Source of the DNA: Candidatus Omnitrophota bacterium
GTDB taxonomy: Bacteria; Omnitrophota; Gorgyraeia; Gygaellales; Profunditerraquicolaceae
Reading direction: 5' to 3'
Assembly (NCBI GenBank): GCA_003598025.1
Contig: QZKH01000002.1
Location: 270,501 to 334,500 of the forward strand
Length of the DNA stretch: 64,000 nt
Positions within the stretch are counted from its first letter, which is position 1, and every line of letters starts with the position of its first letter. The notes beneath the pieces are model-generated. The model was not told where the DNA came from. It searched no databases and saw only the letters and a program-made list of their open reading frames with translations. Positions 34,774 to 43,958 of this stretch are shown here, in pieces. Made by a program: the position numbers and the translations under genes.

Positions 34774-35333
34774 AATACAAAGAACAGTCTTTAGCTGTTT
34801 ATCTGAATGATCTTTCAGCCAGGCTTGCTGCTCCGGGTGGGGGTTCGGCCGCCGCTTTAAGCGCTTCCCTTGGCGCTGCCCTGGTTAGCATGGTAATTAA
34901 TTTTACTATCGGCAAGAAAAAATACGCCGGTTACGAAAAAGAATTAGCAGTATTGCTTGATAAATCTGAGAAACTGAAATTCCAGCTGCTTGATATGGTG
35001 GACCTGGATGTGGCTGCTTATGCCAGCAAGAACCTTAGAGACGCGCTGGATGTCCCTTTTATGGTATGCAGGTTGAGTTTTGAAGCCGCAAAGTTATGCC
35101 CGCCGCTGGTAAAGAAAGGCAATATTAATTTAATCAGCGATGTGGGCGTTGCCATAGCTTTACTTGAGGCAGCATTTTTTTCGGCATTGTTGAATGTGGA
35201 GATAAACCTTAAATCTTTGGCAGATGCTAAGCTGGCCTCCAGTATCAGGAAAGAGCTGGACAAGAAGGCCAAAGATATAAAGAAAATAAGAGCTAAAACG
35301 GAGGCGCAAGTTGTCAAAGCTATTAGAGGGTAA
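34770..35333 (+). CDS. Cyclodeaminase/methenyl-THF cyclohydrolase family protein (FchA-like)
   Basis: APGGGSAAAL..LGAALVSMV, GNINLISDVGVA, NVEINL; TTG start overlapping the YraN stop. Confidence 0.88.
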   Translation: MKYKEQSLAVYLNDLSARLAAPGGGSAAALSASLGAALVSMVINFTIGKKKYAGYEKELAVLLDKSEKLKFQLLDMVDLDVAAYASKNLRDALDVPFMVCRLSFEAAKLCPPLVKKGNINLISDVGVAIALLEAAFFSALLNVEINLKSLADAKLASSIRKELDKKAKDIKKIRAKTEAQVVKAIRG

Positions 35334-36165
35334 GCCCATTGCAGCCAAGATACAGCAGGAGATAAAAGCAAAGATAGCCGGCTTTATGTCCGTACCTGTG
35401 TTAGTCAGCATTATGCTGGGGGAGAATGCCGGTGCAGAGGCGTATGTAAGATCCCAGAAGAAGGTGGCAGATGAGCTCGGCATAGATTACCGCCTGCATA
35501 AGCTGCCGCAGCATACAACAGAACGAGAACTTATAAATTTTATAGAAGATTACAATATGCATCCTGAGGTAAACGGGATTATTATACAGATGCCGCTGCC
35601 GGAGCATATAGATTACAAGAAAATAAGCCAATTTATAAAACCCGAAAAAGATGTCGAAGGCCTGCACCCGGCTAATATAGGTAAGATAATGTTCGGCAAA
35701 GCAGTGGTTGTGCCTTGCACTGCCGCGGCAGTGATGGAGCTCTTATATGAGAGCGGGATAGATTTATACGGCAAGGAAGTTGTAGTGGTAGGACATAGCG
35801 AGATAGTCGGCAAGCCGCTTTCCCTGCTTCTGCTGGAGAAATTTTCCACTGTAACCGTTTGCCATATAGGCACAAGTAAAGCAGGCAGGCTGGCAGAGCA
35901 TACCAGCAAGGCCGAAGTCTTGATTGTGGCAGTCGGTAAGCCTAATCTGATCAAAGGCCAGGATATAAAAGAGCATGCTGTCGTAATAGATGTCGGCATC
36001 AACCGGGTAGAGGGCAAGATAGTGGGAGATGTAGAGTTTGAAGAGGCAGCAAAAAAAGCCTCATTCATCACGCCGGTACCGGGCGGAGTAGGGCCGCTGA
36101 CCGTGACTATGTTGATGCGTAATCTAGTAAATGCAAAAATTTCGCAGGACAATGCGGTTCTTTGA
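35311..36165 (+). CDS. folD: Methylene-THF dehydrogenase/cyclohydrolase
   Basis: GIIIQMPLP, KDVEG, PCT, SEIVGKP, IDVGINR, TPVPGGVGPLT. Confidence 0.95.
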   Translation: MSKLLEGKPIAAKIQQEIKAKIAGFMSVPVLVSIMLGENAGAEAYVRSQKKVADELGIDYRLHKLPQHTTERELINFIEDYNMHPEVNGIIIQMPLPEHIDYKKISQFIKPEKDVEGLHPANIGKIMFGKAVVVPCTAAAVMELLYESGIDLYGKEVVVVGHSEIVGKPLSLLLLEKFSTVTVCHIGTSKAGRLAEHTSKAEVLIVAVGKPNLIKGQDIKEHAVVIDVGINRVEGKIVGDVEFEEAAKKASFITPVPGGVGPLTVTMLMRNLVNAKISQDNAVL

Positions 36166-36174
36166 TTATAATAC

Positions 36175-36501
36175 ATGCGCACAATAATACTGCTGACGAT
36201 TTCAAATATTTTTATGACGTTTGCCTGGTATGGCCACCTCAGGTATAAAGATTCTCCGTTATGGATCGCAATATTCGTAAGCTGGATGATAGCATTTGTT
36301 GAATATTGTTTCCAGGTCCCCGCAAACCGTATAGGCCATTATCAGTTCTCAGCCGCGCAGCTTAAGACTATACAGGAAGTTATCACCCTTTCGGTCTTTT
36401 CAATTTTTTCGGTGCTATATTTAAAAGAAGGAATGAAATGGAATTACCTGGCAGGGTTTTTATTGATAATAATAGCGGTAATCATTATTTTTAAAAAATA
36501 A
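36175..36501 (+). CDS. Small DMT-superfamily membrane protein (DUF486-like)
   Basis: SNIFMTFAWYGHL, EYCFQVPANRIG, QLKTIQEVITL. Confidence 0.85.
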   Translation: MRTIILLTISNIFMTFAWYGHLRYKDSPLWIAIFVSWMIAFVEYCFQVPANRIGHYQFSAAQLKTIQEVITLSVFSIFSVLYLKEGMKWNYLAGFLLIIIAVIIIFKK

Positions 36502-36502
36502 T

Positions 36503-37372
36503 ATGACTCTGAGCGAGAAGATAAAATCCGGGAAATCATTATTGACCACCGAGATCGGCCCTCCAAAAGGCATAGAGACTAAGACTATTCTTGAGGACGC
36601 AGAGCTTGTACGTGCAAGAGTAGACGGGATCAATGTTACCGACCTTCAGAGTTCAGTCATGCGCCTTGGTTCGCTTGCGGTATGCAGCCTTTTAAAACAG
36701 AAGGGTTTTGAGCCGATATTCCAGGTTACCTGCAGGGATAGAAACAGGCTTGCCTTGCAATCAGATATACTTTCTGCCGCTGCTTTAGGCATTGAAAATA
36801 TTTTGGTGCTTACCGGCGATCATCCTAAATCCGGGGATCATCCCGATGCCAAGCCGGTATTCGACCTTGATTCTGTGCAATTGCTGCAAGTAATAAAAGG
36901 CTTAGAGTCAGGTCAGGATATGAACGGCAACAAGCTGGAAGGCGTTCTCCCTAAGTTTTGCCTTGGGGCAGTAGTCAACCCCGGAGCTGATCCGATAGAG
37001 CCTCAGATCATAAAGATGGAAAAGAAGATAGAAGCCGGAGCAGTGTTCTTCCAGACTCAGGCGGTTTATGATGTGAGAAAGTTTGAAGTTTTTATAGAGA
37101 AGACAAGACACCTTAATACCACAATACTTGCGGGGGTAGTCCTGCTTAAGTCGGCCGGCATGGCAAAATTTATGAATAAGAACGTTGCCGGCGTATCTGT
37201 CCCTGATTCCCTTATTGCTGAGATGCAGCAGGCACAGGATAAAGTCAAGGCTTCGGTAAAAATTGCAGCCGGATTAATCAAAGAGCTTAGGCCTATGTGC
37301 CAGGGTATCCATATTATGCCGATAGGCTGGGATAAAGTTGTGCCTATGGTATTGGATGAGGCAGGTCTTTAG
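36503..37372 (+). CDS. metF: Methylenetetrahydrofolate reductase
   Basis: EIGPPKG, NVTD, TCRDRNRLALQ, LTGD, KMEKKIEAGAVFFQTQ. Confidence 0.92.
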   Translation: MTLSEKIKSGKSLLTTEIGPPKGIETKTILEDAELVRARVDGINVTDLQSSVMRLGSLAVCSLLKQKGFEPIFQVTCRDRNRLALQSDILSAAALGIENILVLTGDHPKSGDHPDAKPVFDLDSVQLLQVIKGLESGQDMNGNKLEGVLPKFCLGAVVNPGADPIEPQIIKMEKKIEAGAVFFQTQAVYDVRKFEVFIEKTRHLNTTILAGVVLLKSAGMAKFMNKNVAGVSVPDSLIAEMQQAQDKVKASVKIAAGLIKELRPMCQGIHIMPIGWDKVVPMVLDEAGL

Positions 37373-37375
37373 TTT

Positions 37376-38269
37376 ATGAAAAAAATAATCATAGTCGGCT
37401 GTTCGGTTTCAGGCCACACCGCAGCCGTAAACTTAAAAAATAAATCTGATAAATTTGAAGTAAGTATTATAACAGAAGAAAACTATCCTTTTTACGACCG
37501 CCGGAAGCTTACGGAACTGATCTCAGGTAATATTAACGAAGAGAAAGAATTGTTTGTCTGCGAAGAAGAGTTCTATCGCAAAAGCAATATAAATTTTCTT
37601 AAAGACAGCGCCGTTGTCTCAGCCAATATTTCTAAAAAACAGCTCAGCCTTAAAGATAAGCAGGCAAGCCTAAACTTTGATTATCTGGTAGTCGCATCGG
37701 GACAAAAACCTGTTGTTCCTGAAATACCCGGCTCCAGAAAAACAGGGGTCTTTTCTTTCTACAGCCTGCAGGATGCAAAGGATATAACCGCTTATTTTAT
37801 TGATGAACAGATTTGCCTGGTAGGCCTTAATGATGTTTCTCTGCATTTATCCGAGGCTTTAGCTGCTAAATATCAGACAGGAGTAAAGATAATTTCTGAA
37901 GTGGCGCCAAGTCAGGCGCAGGCTTTACCCGTGGGGGTCGAGGTGATCCAGAGTAAGCCGCAGGAGATAATCGGCGAAGGCCAGGTCCAGGCCGTTAAGC
38001 TTTATTCGGGAAAGATTATAGCAGCTTCTGCAGTTATTTTTACTGATAGCAGGCAGGCAAATGTAGGTTTCTTGAAAAATTGCGGCATCGAGACAATCGA
38101 TTCCCGTTTAGCTGTTGATGATTTAATGAGGACCAGTAATAAGGATATTTTTGCATGCGGCTCTGTTGCATCGCGCAGGGATGCTTTTCAGGCAGAAAAA
38201 ACATGGGAAGATTGCCTTAACGATGGTATAAACTTGGCGGAAAACCTAATAAAAATCACAGGAGATTAA
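37376..38269 (+). CDS. Pyridine nucleotide-disulfide oxidoreductase-fold protein with degenerate nucleotide-binding motifs
   Basis: KIIIVGCSVSG, FDYLVVASG, MRTSNKDIFACG. Confidence 0.75.
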   Translation: MKKIIIVGCSVSGHTAAVNLKNKSDKFEVSIITEENYPFYDRRKLTELISGNINEEKELFVCEEEFYRKSNINFLKDSAVVSANISKKQLSLKDKQASLNFDYLVVASGQKPVVPEIPGSRKTGVFSFYSLQDAKDITAYFIDEQICLVGLNDVSLHLSEALAAKYQTGVKIISEVAPSQAQALPVGVEVIQSKPQEIIGEGQVQAVKLYSGKIIAASAVIFTDSRQANVGFLKNCGIETIDSRLAVDDLMRTSNKDIFACGSVASRRDAFQAEKTWEDCLNDGINLAENLIKITGD

Positions 38270-38271
38270 TC

Positions 38272-40458
38272 ATGTCAGAAGTCTTAATCAATTTAGGAAG
38301 CAAAGGGAATGAGGCGGTCATAAATTTAACCCGGGAAACATTAAATAGCGTAATAGCCAAGAAATCCGGGGCACAGAAGATCGCATTTCCTGAGACTAAT
38401 TTTTACCTCCCGTTTATAAACGCGATCCTTAAAAGAGAAGTCAAGACGCTTGGTGATTGTTTACAGGCGCTGGATGATGCCTTGCGTTTGAGTAAAAACG
38501 AACCCAGCGCAAACGGAGTAAATATAGAAGCATTGGGCGGGATATTTAACAAGGGTTTATCTACGCTTATCTGCGAAGAGATACTGGCTGCCCTGAGTTA
38601 TTTTGACGCTAAGCATCCCAGCGGCTCGGGAACAGGCTTTTTATCTGACACCCTGCTGCGTTCTTTAGGGTTACAGTTAGTAGACGGCAGGATAGCCGGT
38701 ATCGCCGTTATATTGGGTCCGGCAAAAGACGAAGATTCAGCCGTTGAGCTGATCAGGAATTTCCAGAGCAGGAGCATAGTGAGCCTGCTGGCAGGGACCG
38801 CTAACGGTAAAACTTTTAAAGAGCAGCTTGAAAAGAGGAAGATCGAGATCGGGCTTGATAACTATATAGTCCCGTTAGGCCAGGATTATTTATCCGCGAT
38901 TTATTCTGTTAATTGGGCAATCAGGGCTCCCTTGATGTACGGTGGTTATAAGCCCGGGCAATGGCAGGAGATATTGAATTACACCAGGACAAAAGTCCCG
39001 GCTTTCGTCGTCCTGTTAAGCCATGTAGATGAAGTGCTGGTCGCAACCGGGCTTGGCGCGCTGGCTTTGGGTTTTCCTATTATTACGGATCTTGATGTGC
39101 CGCAGCTGGGCAAGATCGATACTACTTTGTATGAGGCGCTGGTAACCGAGAAGGATTATAAAAAGCTTGCCGGTAAATGCATAGAGACAAGAGGATTGAA
39201 AGTCAAGGTAACTAATATTGATATTCCTGTTCCTTACGCTGCTGCTTTTGAGGGTGAGAGGGTAAGGAGAGAAAACTTATACGTTGAATTCGGCGGTAAA
39301 GGCAATACCGCTTTTGAGTTCCTTGCGTGCAGGGATTCTAAAAATGTAGAAGACGGGAAGGTGGAATTGATCGGCCCGGAAATAGACGAAAAAGAAGAAA
39401 ACTCCAAGAGTATGCCGCTGGCGCTCATCCTAGAAGTCTCCGGGCGCAAAATGCAAAAAGATTTTGAACCTATATTAGAGAGACAGATCCATCGTTTTAT
39501 TAACTACGCTATGGGTGTAATGCATATAGGCCAGAGGGATATGAATTGGATCAGGATATCCAAGGATGCCTTTGATAAAGGTTTCAGGCTTAAACATATC
39601 GGGGTCATCCTTCATGCCATGATGCATCAGGAGTACAGCAGTATTATTGATAAGGTCCAGGTAAAGATGTATACGCGTAAAGAGGATGTTGAAAGATTGT
39701 TTGGACATGAAGCCAGGGCAGCTTTTAATGAAAGGGATGAACGCATAAGCGGTATGACCGATGAAAGCGTGGATACTTTTTATTCCTGCCTGTTGTGCCA
39801 GTCATTTGCGCCGAACCACGTTTGCATAATCACGCCCGAGCGCCTGGGGTTATGCGGCGCCTATTCCTGGCTGGACGGCAAAGCTTCTTATGAAATAACG
39901 CCTACGGGTCCGAATCAACCGGTGGCAAAAGGCGCGGTTATCGACACCAAGTTAGGTAAATGGTCCGGGATAAACGATTTTGTGCACCTTAAGTCAAATA
40001 AGACAATTGAGAGTGTTAGCATGTATTCTTTGATGGACTCCCCTCAATCTTCATGCGGTTGTTTTGAATGCATACTTGCGATAATCCCCGAGGCAAACGG
40101 GGTTATGGTTGTGCACCGTGATTTTTCAGGCATGACCCCATGCGGTATGAGTTTCACTACTCTGGCCGGTTCTGTAGGGGGAGGGGCGCAGACTCCGGGG
40201 TTCTTGGGGGTAGGGAAGCTTTATTTGGCGAGCAAAAAATTCATAAGCGCTGAAGGCGGATTAAAAAGGCTGGTGTGGATGCCCAAGGAACTTAAAGAAA
40301 TGTTGTCTGATAAGTTGAAGAAGCGCGCCCAGGAATTAGGCGTGCCCGGCCTGCTGGATAAAATAGCTGATGAGACCGTGGCGACTAATTCACAGGAACT
40401 GCTTGATTTCCTTTCTAAGGTAAAGCACCCTGCTCTTGAGATGGAGCCGTTGATGTAA
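38272..40458 (+). CDS. acsB: Acetyl-CoA synthase (ACS/CODH complex A-cluster subunit)
   Basis: FPET.FYLP N-terminal domain, AAFEGERVR, DFEPILERQIH, SCLLCQSFAPNHVC..LCG, SCGCFE A-cluster ligands. Confidence 0.95.
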   Translation: MSEVLINLGSKGNEAVINLTRETLNSVIAKKSGAQKIAFPETNFYLPFINAILKREVKTLGDCLQALDDALRLSKNEPSANGVNIEALGGIFNKGLSTLICEEILAALSYFDAKHPSGSGTGFLSDTLLRSLGLQLVDGRIAGIAVILGPAKDEDSAVELIRNFQSRSIVSLLAGTANGKTFKEQLEKRKIEIGLDNYIVPLGQDYLSAIYSVNWAIRAPLMYGGYKPGQWQEILNYTRTKVPAFVVLLSHVDEVLVATGLGALALGFPIITDLDVPQLGKIDTTLYEALVTEKDYKKLAGKCIETRGLKVKVTNIDIPVPYAAAFEGERVRRENLYVEFGGKGNTAFEFLACRDSKNVEDGKVELIGPEIDEKEENSKSMPLALILEVSGRKMQKDFEPILERQIHRFINYAMGVMHIGQRDMNWIRISKDAFDKGFRLKHIGVILHAMMHQEYSSIIDKVQVKMYTRKEDVERLFGHEARAAFNERDERISGMTDESVDTFYSCLLCQSFAPNHVCIITPERLGLCGAYSWLDGKASYEITPTGPNQPVAKGAVIDTKLGKWSGINDFVHLKSNKTIESVSMYSLMDSPQSSCGCFECILAIIPEANGVMVVHRDFSGMTPCGMSFTTLAGSVGGGAQTPGFLGVGKLYLASKKFISAEGGLKRLVWMPKELKEMLSDKLKKRAQELGVPGLLDKIADETVATNSQELLDFLSKVKHPALEMEPLM

Positions 40459-40466
40459 TTTTTTTC

Positions 40467-40495
40467 TTGACGTTTTAAATTTTATAAGATATTAT
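40467..40495 (+). promoter_or_regulatory. Sigma70-type promoter upstream of the TPR gene and polA cluster
   Basis: TTGACG-N17-TATTAT. Confidence 0.65.
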
Positions 40496-40508
40496 TAATA
40501 CATAATTT

Positions 40509-41348
40509 ATGCCTAACCATTCCCACCATAATTATAATAAGGTGAAAATAGCAATAGGGTTTACGTTTTTTTTAACGTTTAGTTTTTTTTCTGCCCACAC
40601 TGCATTCTCTGAGGAAGCGGTTAGCAATTATCTTCCTTACGATAACCTGTTTAAAGGTTCGCAGCAGATTGAGACAAAAAGCAGCAGCGTGCCAGTTTCT
40701 TATGCCGCAGGAGAGGTCCAGGGCCTTGGCGCGTTAAGGGAGCAGGCCAGGTTATATAGGTCTCAGGGGATAGAGCTCCAGCGGGTTGGTAATTATGACC
40801 AGGCTCTGGGGTTGTATAAGAAGGCAATTGAACTCGATCCTTTATATGCCGTTCCATACAATGATATGGCTATAATATTCGAAATACAGGGCCTGAAAGA
40901 TAAGGCAGAAGAATATTATCTTAAAGCCATTAAAGCGGACCAGTATTTCCTGAGCGCTTATTCTAATTTGGCTTTATTCTACGAAGGCAAGAGAGATCTC
41001 AATAAAGCAGTTTACTATTGGGGCAAAAGGGCAGAACTTGGCGATGTAAATGACCCCTGGACCCAGAGGGCAATCCAGCGCAGAAGCGACATACTAGCTT
41101 TGAATTCCGGCGTAACTTATGACCCGGAACAGGAAGAACGGATTGCTGACTTGATGAATGAGATCGAAGCCCGCAAGGATAATAAGAGTCTTTCCAAGTA
41201 TTACTTTGAAAAAGCCAAGAAAATGCACGAAGGCGGAGACGATGTGGGGGCGTTGAAGAAAGGCATAGATGCTATGCAACTGGATGAATCTAACGCCGAG
41301 ATCCGCGACTTCGTTGATAATATCCGTAGAACTTTGTTATCGGAATAG
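40509..41348 (+). CDS. Secreted tetratricopeptide repeat protein
   Basis: Hydrophobic N-terminus; TPR units such as ALGLYKKAIELDP and AEEYYLKAIKAD. Confidence 0.85.
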   Translation: MPNHSHHNYNKVKIAIGFTFFLTFSFFSAHTAFSEEAVSNYLPYDNLFKGSQQIETKSSSVPVSYAAGEVQGLGALREQARLYRSQGIELQRVGNYDQALGLYKKAIELDPLYAVPYNDMAIIFEIQGLKDKAEEYYLKAIKADQYFLSAYSNLALFYEGKRDLNKAVYYWGKRAELGDVNDPWTQRAIQRRSDILALNSGVTYDPEQEERIADLMNEIEARKDNKSLSKYYFEKAKKMHEGGDDVGALKKGIDAMQLDESNAEIRDFVDNIRRTLLSE

Positions 41349-41402
41349 TTAACCACAAAAATTCTTTCCTACCGAGAAAATTGAATTCCTTGAATAAAAT
41401 TA

Positions 41403-43958
41403 ATGAAGGATAAGAAAATATACCTGGTTGATGCAACAGCTTTTTGTTATAGGGCTTTCTACGCGCTGAAAGACTTAAAGACATCCTTTGGCCTGCCGAC
41501 TAATGCCATATATGGTTTTGTGAATATGCTCAACAAGCTGCTTAGCGAGCATAAGCCTGAGTACATTGGCGTATGTTTTGATGTTTCCAGGGATACTTTC
41601 AGGCAGAAGAAGTACGCAGAATATAAGATGCAGAGGCCTCCTATGCCTGACGGCCTGGCAGAGCAGATGGGTTATATCAAAGAGATCATAACTGCCAGCG
41701 GCATAAAGCTCATAGAAAAAGAAGGGTTCGAGGCTGATGATATAATCGCAACAATAACAAAGCGCGCAAGGCAGGCCGGTTTTTGCGTGGTTATTATCAG
41801 CTCAGATAAAGATATGCTTCAGCTTGTCGGAGAAGGGGTGGTGGTTATCAGCCCGCATAAAGACGGAGATATAGTATATGACCAGGATAAGGTAGTGGAG
41901 CGTTTTGGAGTAAAACCTTCTTCTATAATCGATATTATATCTTTGATGGGTGATGATGTTGATAATATACCCGGTGTAAAGGGTATAGGAGAAAAGACTG
42001 CCGTATCTTTAGTCAAGGTTTTCGGCTCAGCAGATGAATTAATATCAAGGGTGGATGAAGTAAAACAGGAGAAAATCAGGAGCAGCATCATCGATAATGC
42101 AGAAATTATCAGACTGAGCAGGGAGCTGGCCTTGCTTGACAGCAATGTTGATATTGATTTTAGCCTGCAGGATTTACGTCCTGTAGGTCCGGATAATAAT
42201 GCGCTTGCCAGGCTATATAAACACCTTGAGTTTAAGAAATGGCTTAAAGATCTGGATAAGAATGAACCTGCTAATAATGAACATAAGCAGGAGGTTCTGG
42301 CGATACCAGACAGCCAGCTCAGCAGCATCATCAAGGGCGCCAACCTGCTCTATTTATCCGGGCAATCTTTTGATAGCCTTTATTTATCAACAGGAAAAGA
42401 TTTTTTTAAAGTAAATAACCCGGGCCAGAACCTAAGAATCGTATTGCAGGACCCTTCGATCCTTAAAATAGGGCACAACCTCAAGAGACTTAAGTTCGTT
42501 TTAGCCAGGGAAAACGTTGATTTAAAAGGCCTATATTTTGACACCATGATAGCCGGGTATGTTTTAAACCCTGCTAAGGCCAACAATCTTATCAGCGATA
42601 TTGCATTTGATTATCTGGATAGGCCGGTTAAATTCAACCCCGATGACGGAATAAGTTCCCTTGAATTAATAATTGAGTTAAAAGAGCTTCTGGAAGATGA
42701 GCTGAATAAAAAATCCCTAATCAATCTTTTTAAAGAAATAGAAATGCCTATGGCTGAAGTCCTGTCTGAGATGGAGATAGGCGGGATAAAAATAGATTCA
42801 AAATTGCTTAATGATATCTCCAAAGAACTGGAAAAAAGACTTATTGCCCTTGTTGATGATATCTATAAATTAAGCGGCACCCAGTTTAATATAAATTCAC
42901 CAAAGCAGTTAAGGGATGTGCTCTTTGAAAGATTGAAACTTCCCGTCGTAAGGCGCAGTAAAACCGGGCCCTCGACAGATGAGGGGGTTTTAACGACCCT
43001 TGCTAAGAAACACGAACTTCCTGCCTTGCTTCTTGAATACAGGCAGCTGACTAAATTAAAGAATACCTATATCGATACACTGCCGAATCTTGTCAATAAA
43101 GACACAGGCATGCTGCATACTTCTTTTAATCAGACCCTGACTGAGACGGGCAGGCTCAGCTCCAGCAATCCAAACCTTCAGAACATACCGGTCAAGACTG
43201 AGATTGGCAGGCAGATAAGAAGGGCAGTGATTGCTTTTGATAAAGGCAGCAGGTTATTGTCCTGCGATTATTCACAGATAGAACTCAGGGTTTTGGCGCA
43301 TTTATCCAAAGACGAAAACCTGATTAGCGCATTCAGAAATAATAAAGACATCCACAAAGCGACTGCTTCTTTGATTTATTCTGTAGAAGAGCCCCAGGTC
43401 CAGGATTATATGCGTGAGACAGCCAAAAGGGTAAATTTCGGCATAATTTACGGCCTCACATCTTTTGGATTATCGCGTGATCTTGACATATCCCAGGACG
43501 AGGCCCAGAGTTTTATCGACGCTTATTTCATAAGATTTCCCAAAGTCAAAGAGTATATAAATTCCCAGATAGATACAGCTCAAAAGAACGGGTTTGTCAC
43601 TACTCTGCTTGGCAGGAGGAGGTACCTGCCTGATATAAGCAGCAAAAACCAATCTATAAGGCAGCTGGCGCAGCGCCAGGCAGTAAATACCCCTATACAG
43701 GGAAGCGCCTCCGACCTTATAAAATTAGCGATGATCAGGATACAAAAAGAAATATCTGCTGCCAGGTTAAAATCAAAGATGATCCTGCAGGTGCATGATG
43801 AACTGATTTTTAATGTCCCGAACGGAGAGATGGATGTTTTCTCTAAGATGGTAAAGAATGCCATGGAGCATGTGCTTGTTCTTGATGTCCCTATTACGGT
43901 AGATATGAAGTCAGGTTTAAACTGGCTGGATATGAAGGAGCTGAAATTAAATGATTGA
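41403..43958 (+). CDS. polA: DNA polymerase I
   Basis: 5'-3' exonuclease (YRAFYA, FEADD, DNIPGVKGIGEKTA); polymerase motifs GRLSSSNPNLQNIP, DYSQIELR, KRVNFGIIYG, QVHDEL. Confidence 0.97.
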   Translation: MKDKKIYLVDATAFCYRAFYALKDLKTSFGLPTNAIYGFVNMLNKLLSEHKPEYIGVCFDVSRDTFRQKKYAEYKMQRPPMPDGLAEQMGYIKEIITASGIKLIEKEGFEADDIIATITKRARQAGFCVVIISSDKDMLQLVGEGVVVISPHKDGDIVYDQDKVVERFGVKPSSIIDIISLMGDDVDNIPGVKGIGEKTAVSLVKVFGSADELISRVDEVKQEKIRSSIIDNAEIIRLSRELALLDSNVDIDFSLQDLRPVGPDNNALARLYKHLEFKKWLKDLDKNEPANNEHKQEVLAIPDSQLSSIIKGANLLYLSGQSFDSLYLSTGKDFFKVNNPGQNLRIVLQDPSILKIGHNLKRLKFVLARENVDLKGLYFDTMIAGYVLNPAKANNLISDIAFDYLDRPVKFNPDDGISSLELIIELKELLEDELNKKSLINLFKEIEMPMAEVLSEMEIGGIKIDSKLLNDISKELEKRLIALVDDIYKLSGTQFNINSPKQLRDVLFERLKLPVVRRSKTGPSTDEGVLTTLAKKHELPALLLEYRQLTKLKNTYIDTLPNLVNKDTGMLHTSFNQTLTETGRLSSSNPNLQNIPVKTEIGRQIRRAVIAFDKGSRLLSCDYSQIELRVLAHLSKDENLISAFRNNKDIHKATASLIYSVEEPQVQDYMRETAKRVNFGIIYGLTSFGLSRDLDISQDEAQSFIDAYFIRFPKVKEYINSQIDTAQKNGFVTTLLGRRRYLPDISSKNQSIRQLAQRQAVNTPIQGSASDLIKLAMIRIQKEISAARLKSKMILQVHDELIFNVPNGEMDVFSKMVKNAMEHVLVLDVPITVDMKSGLNWLDMKELKLND

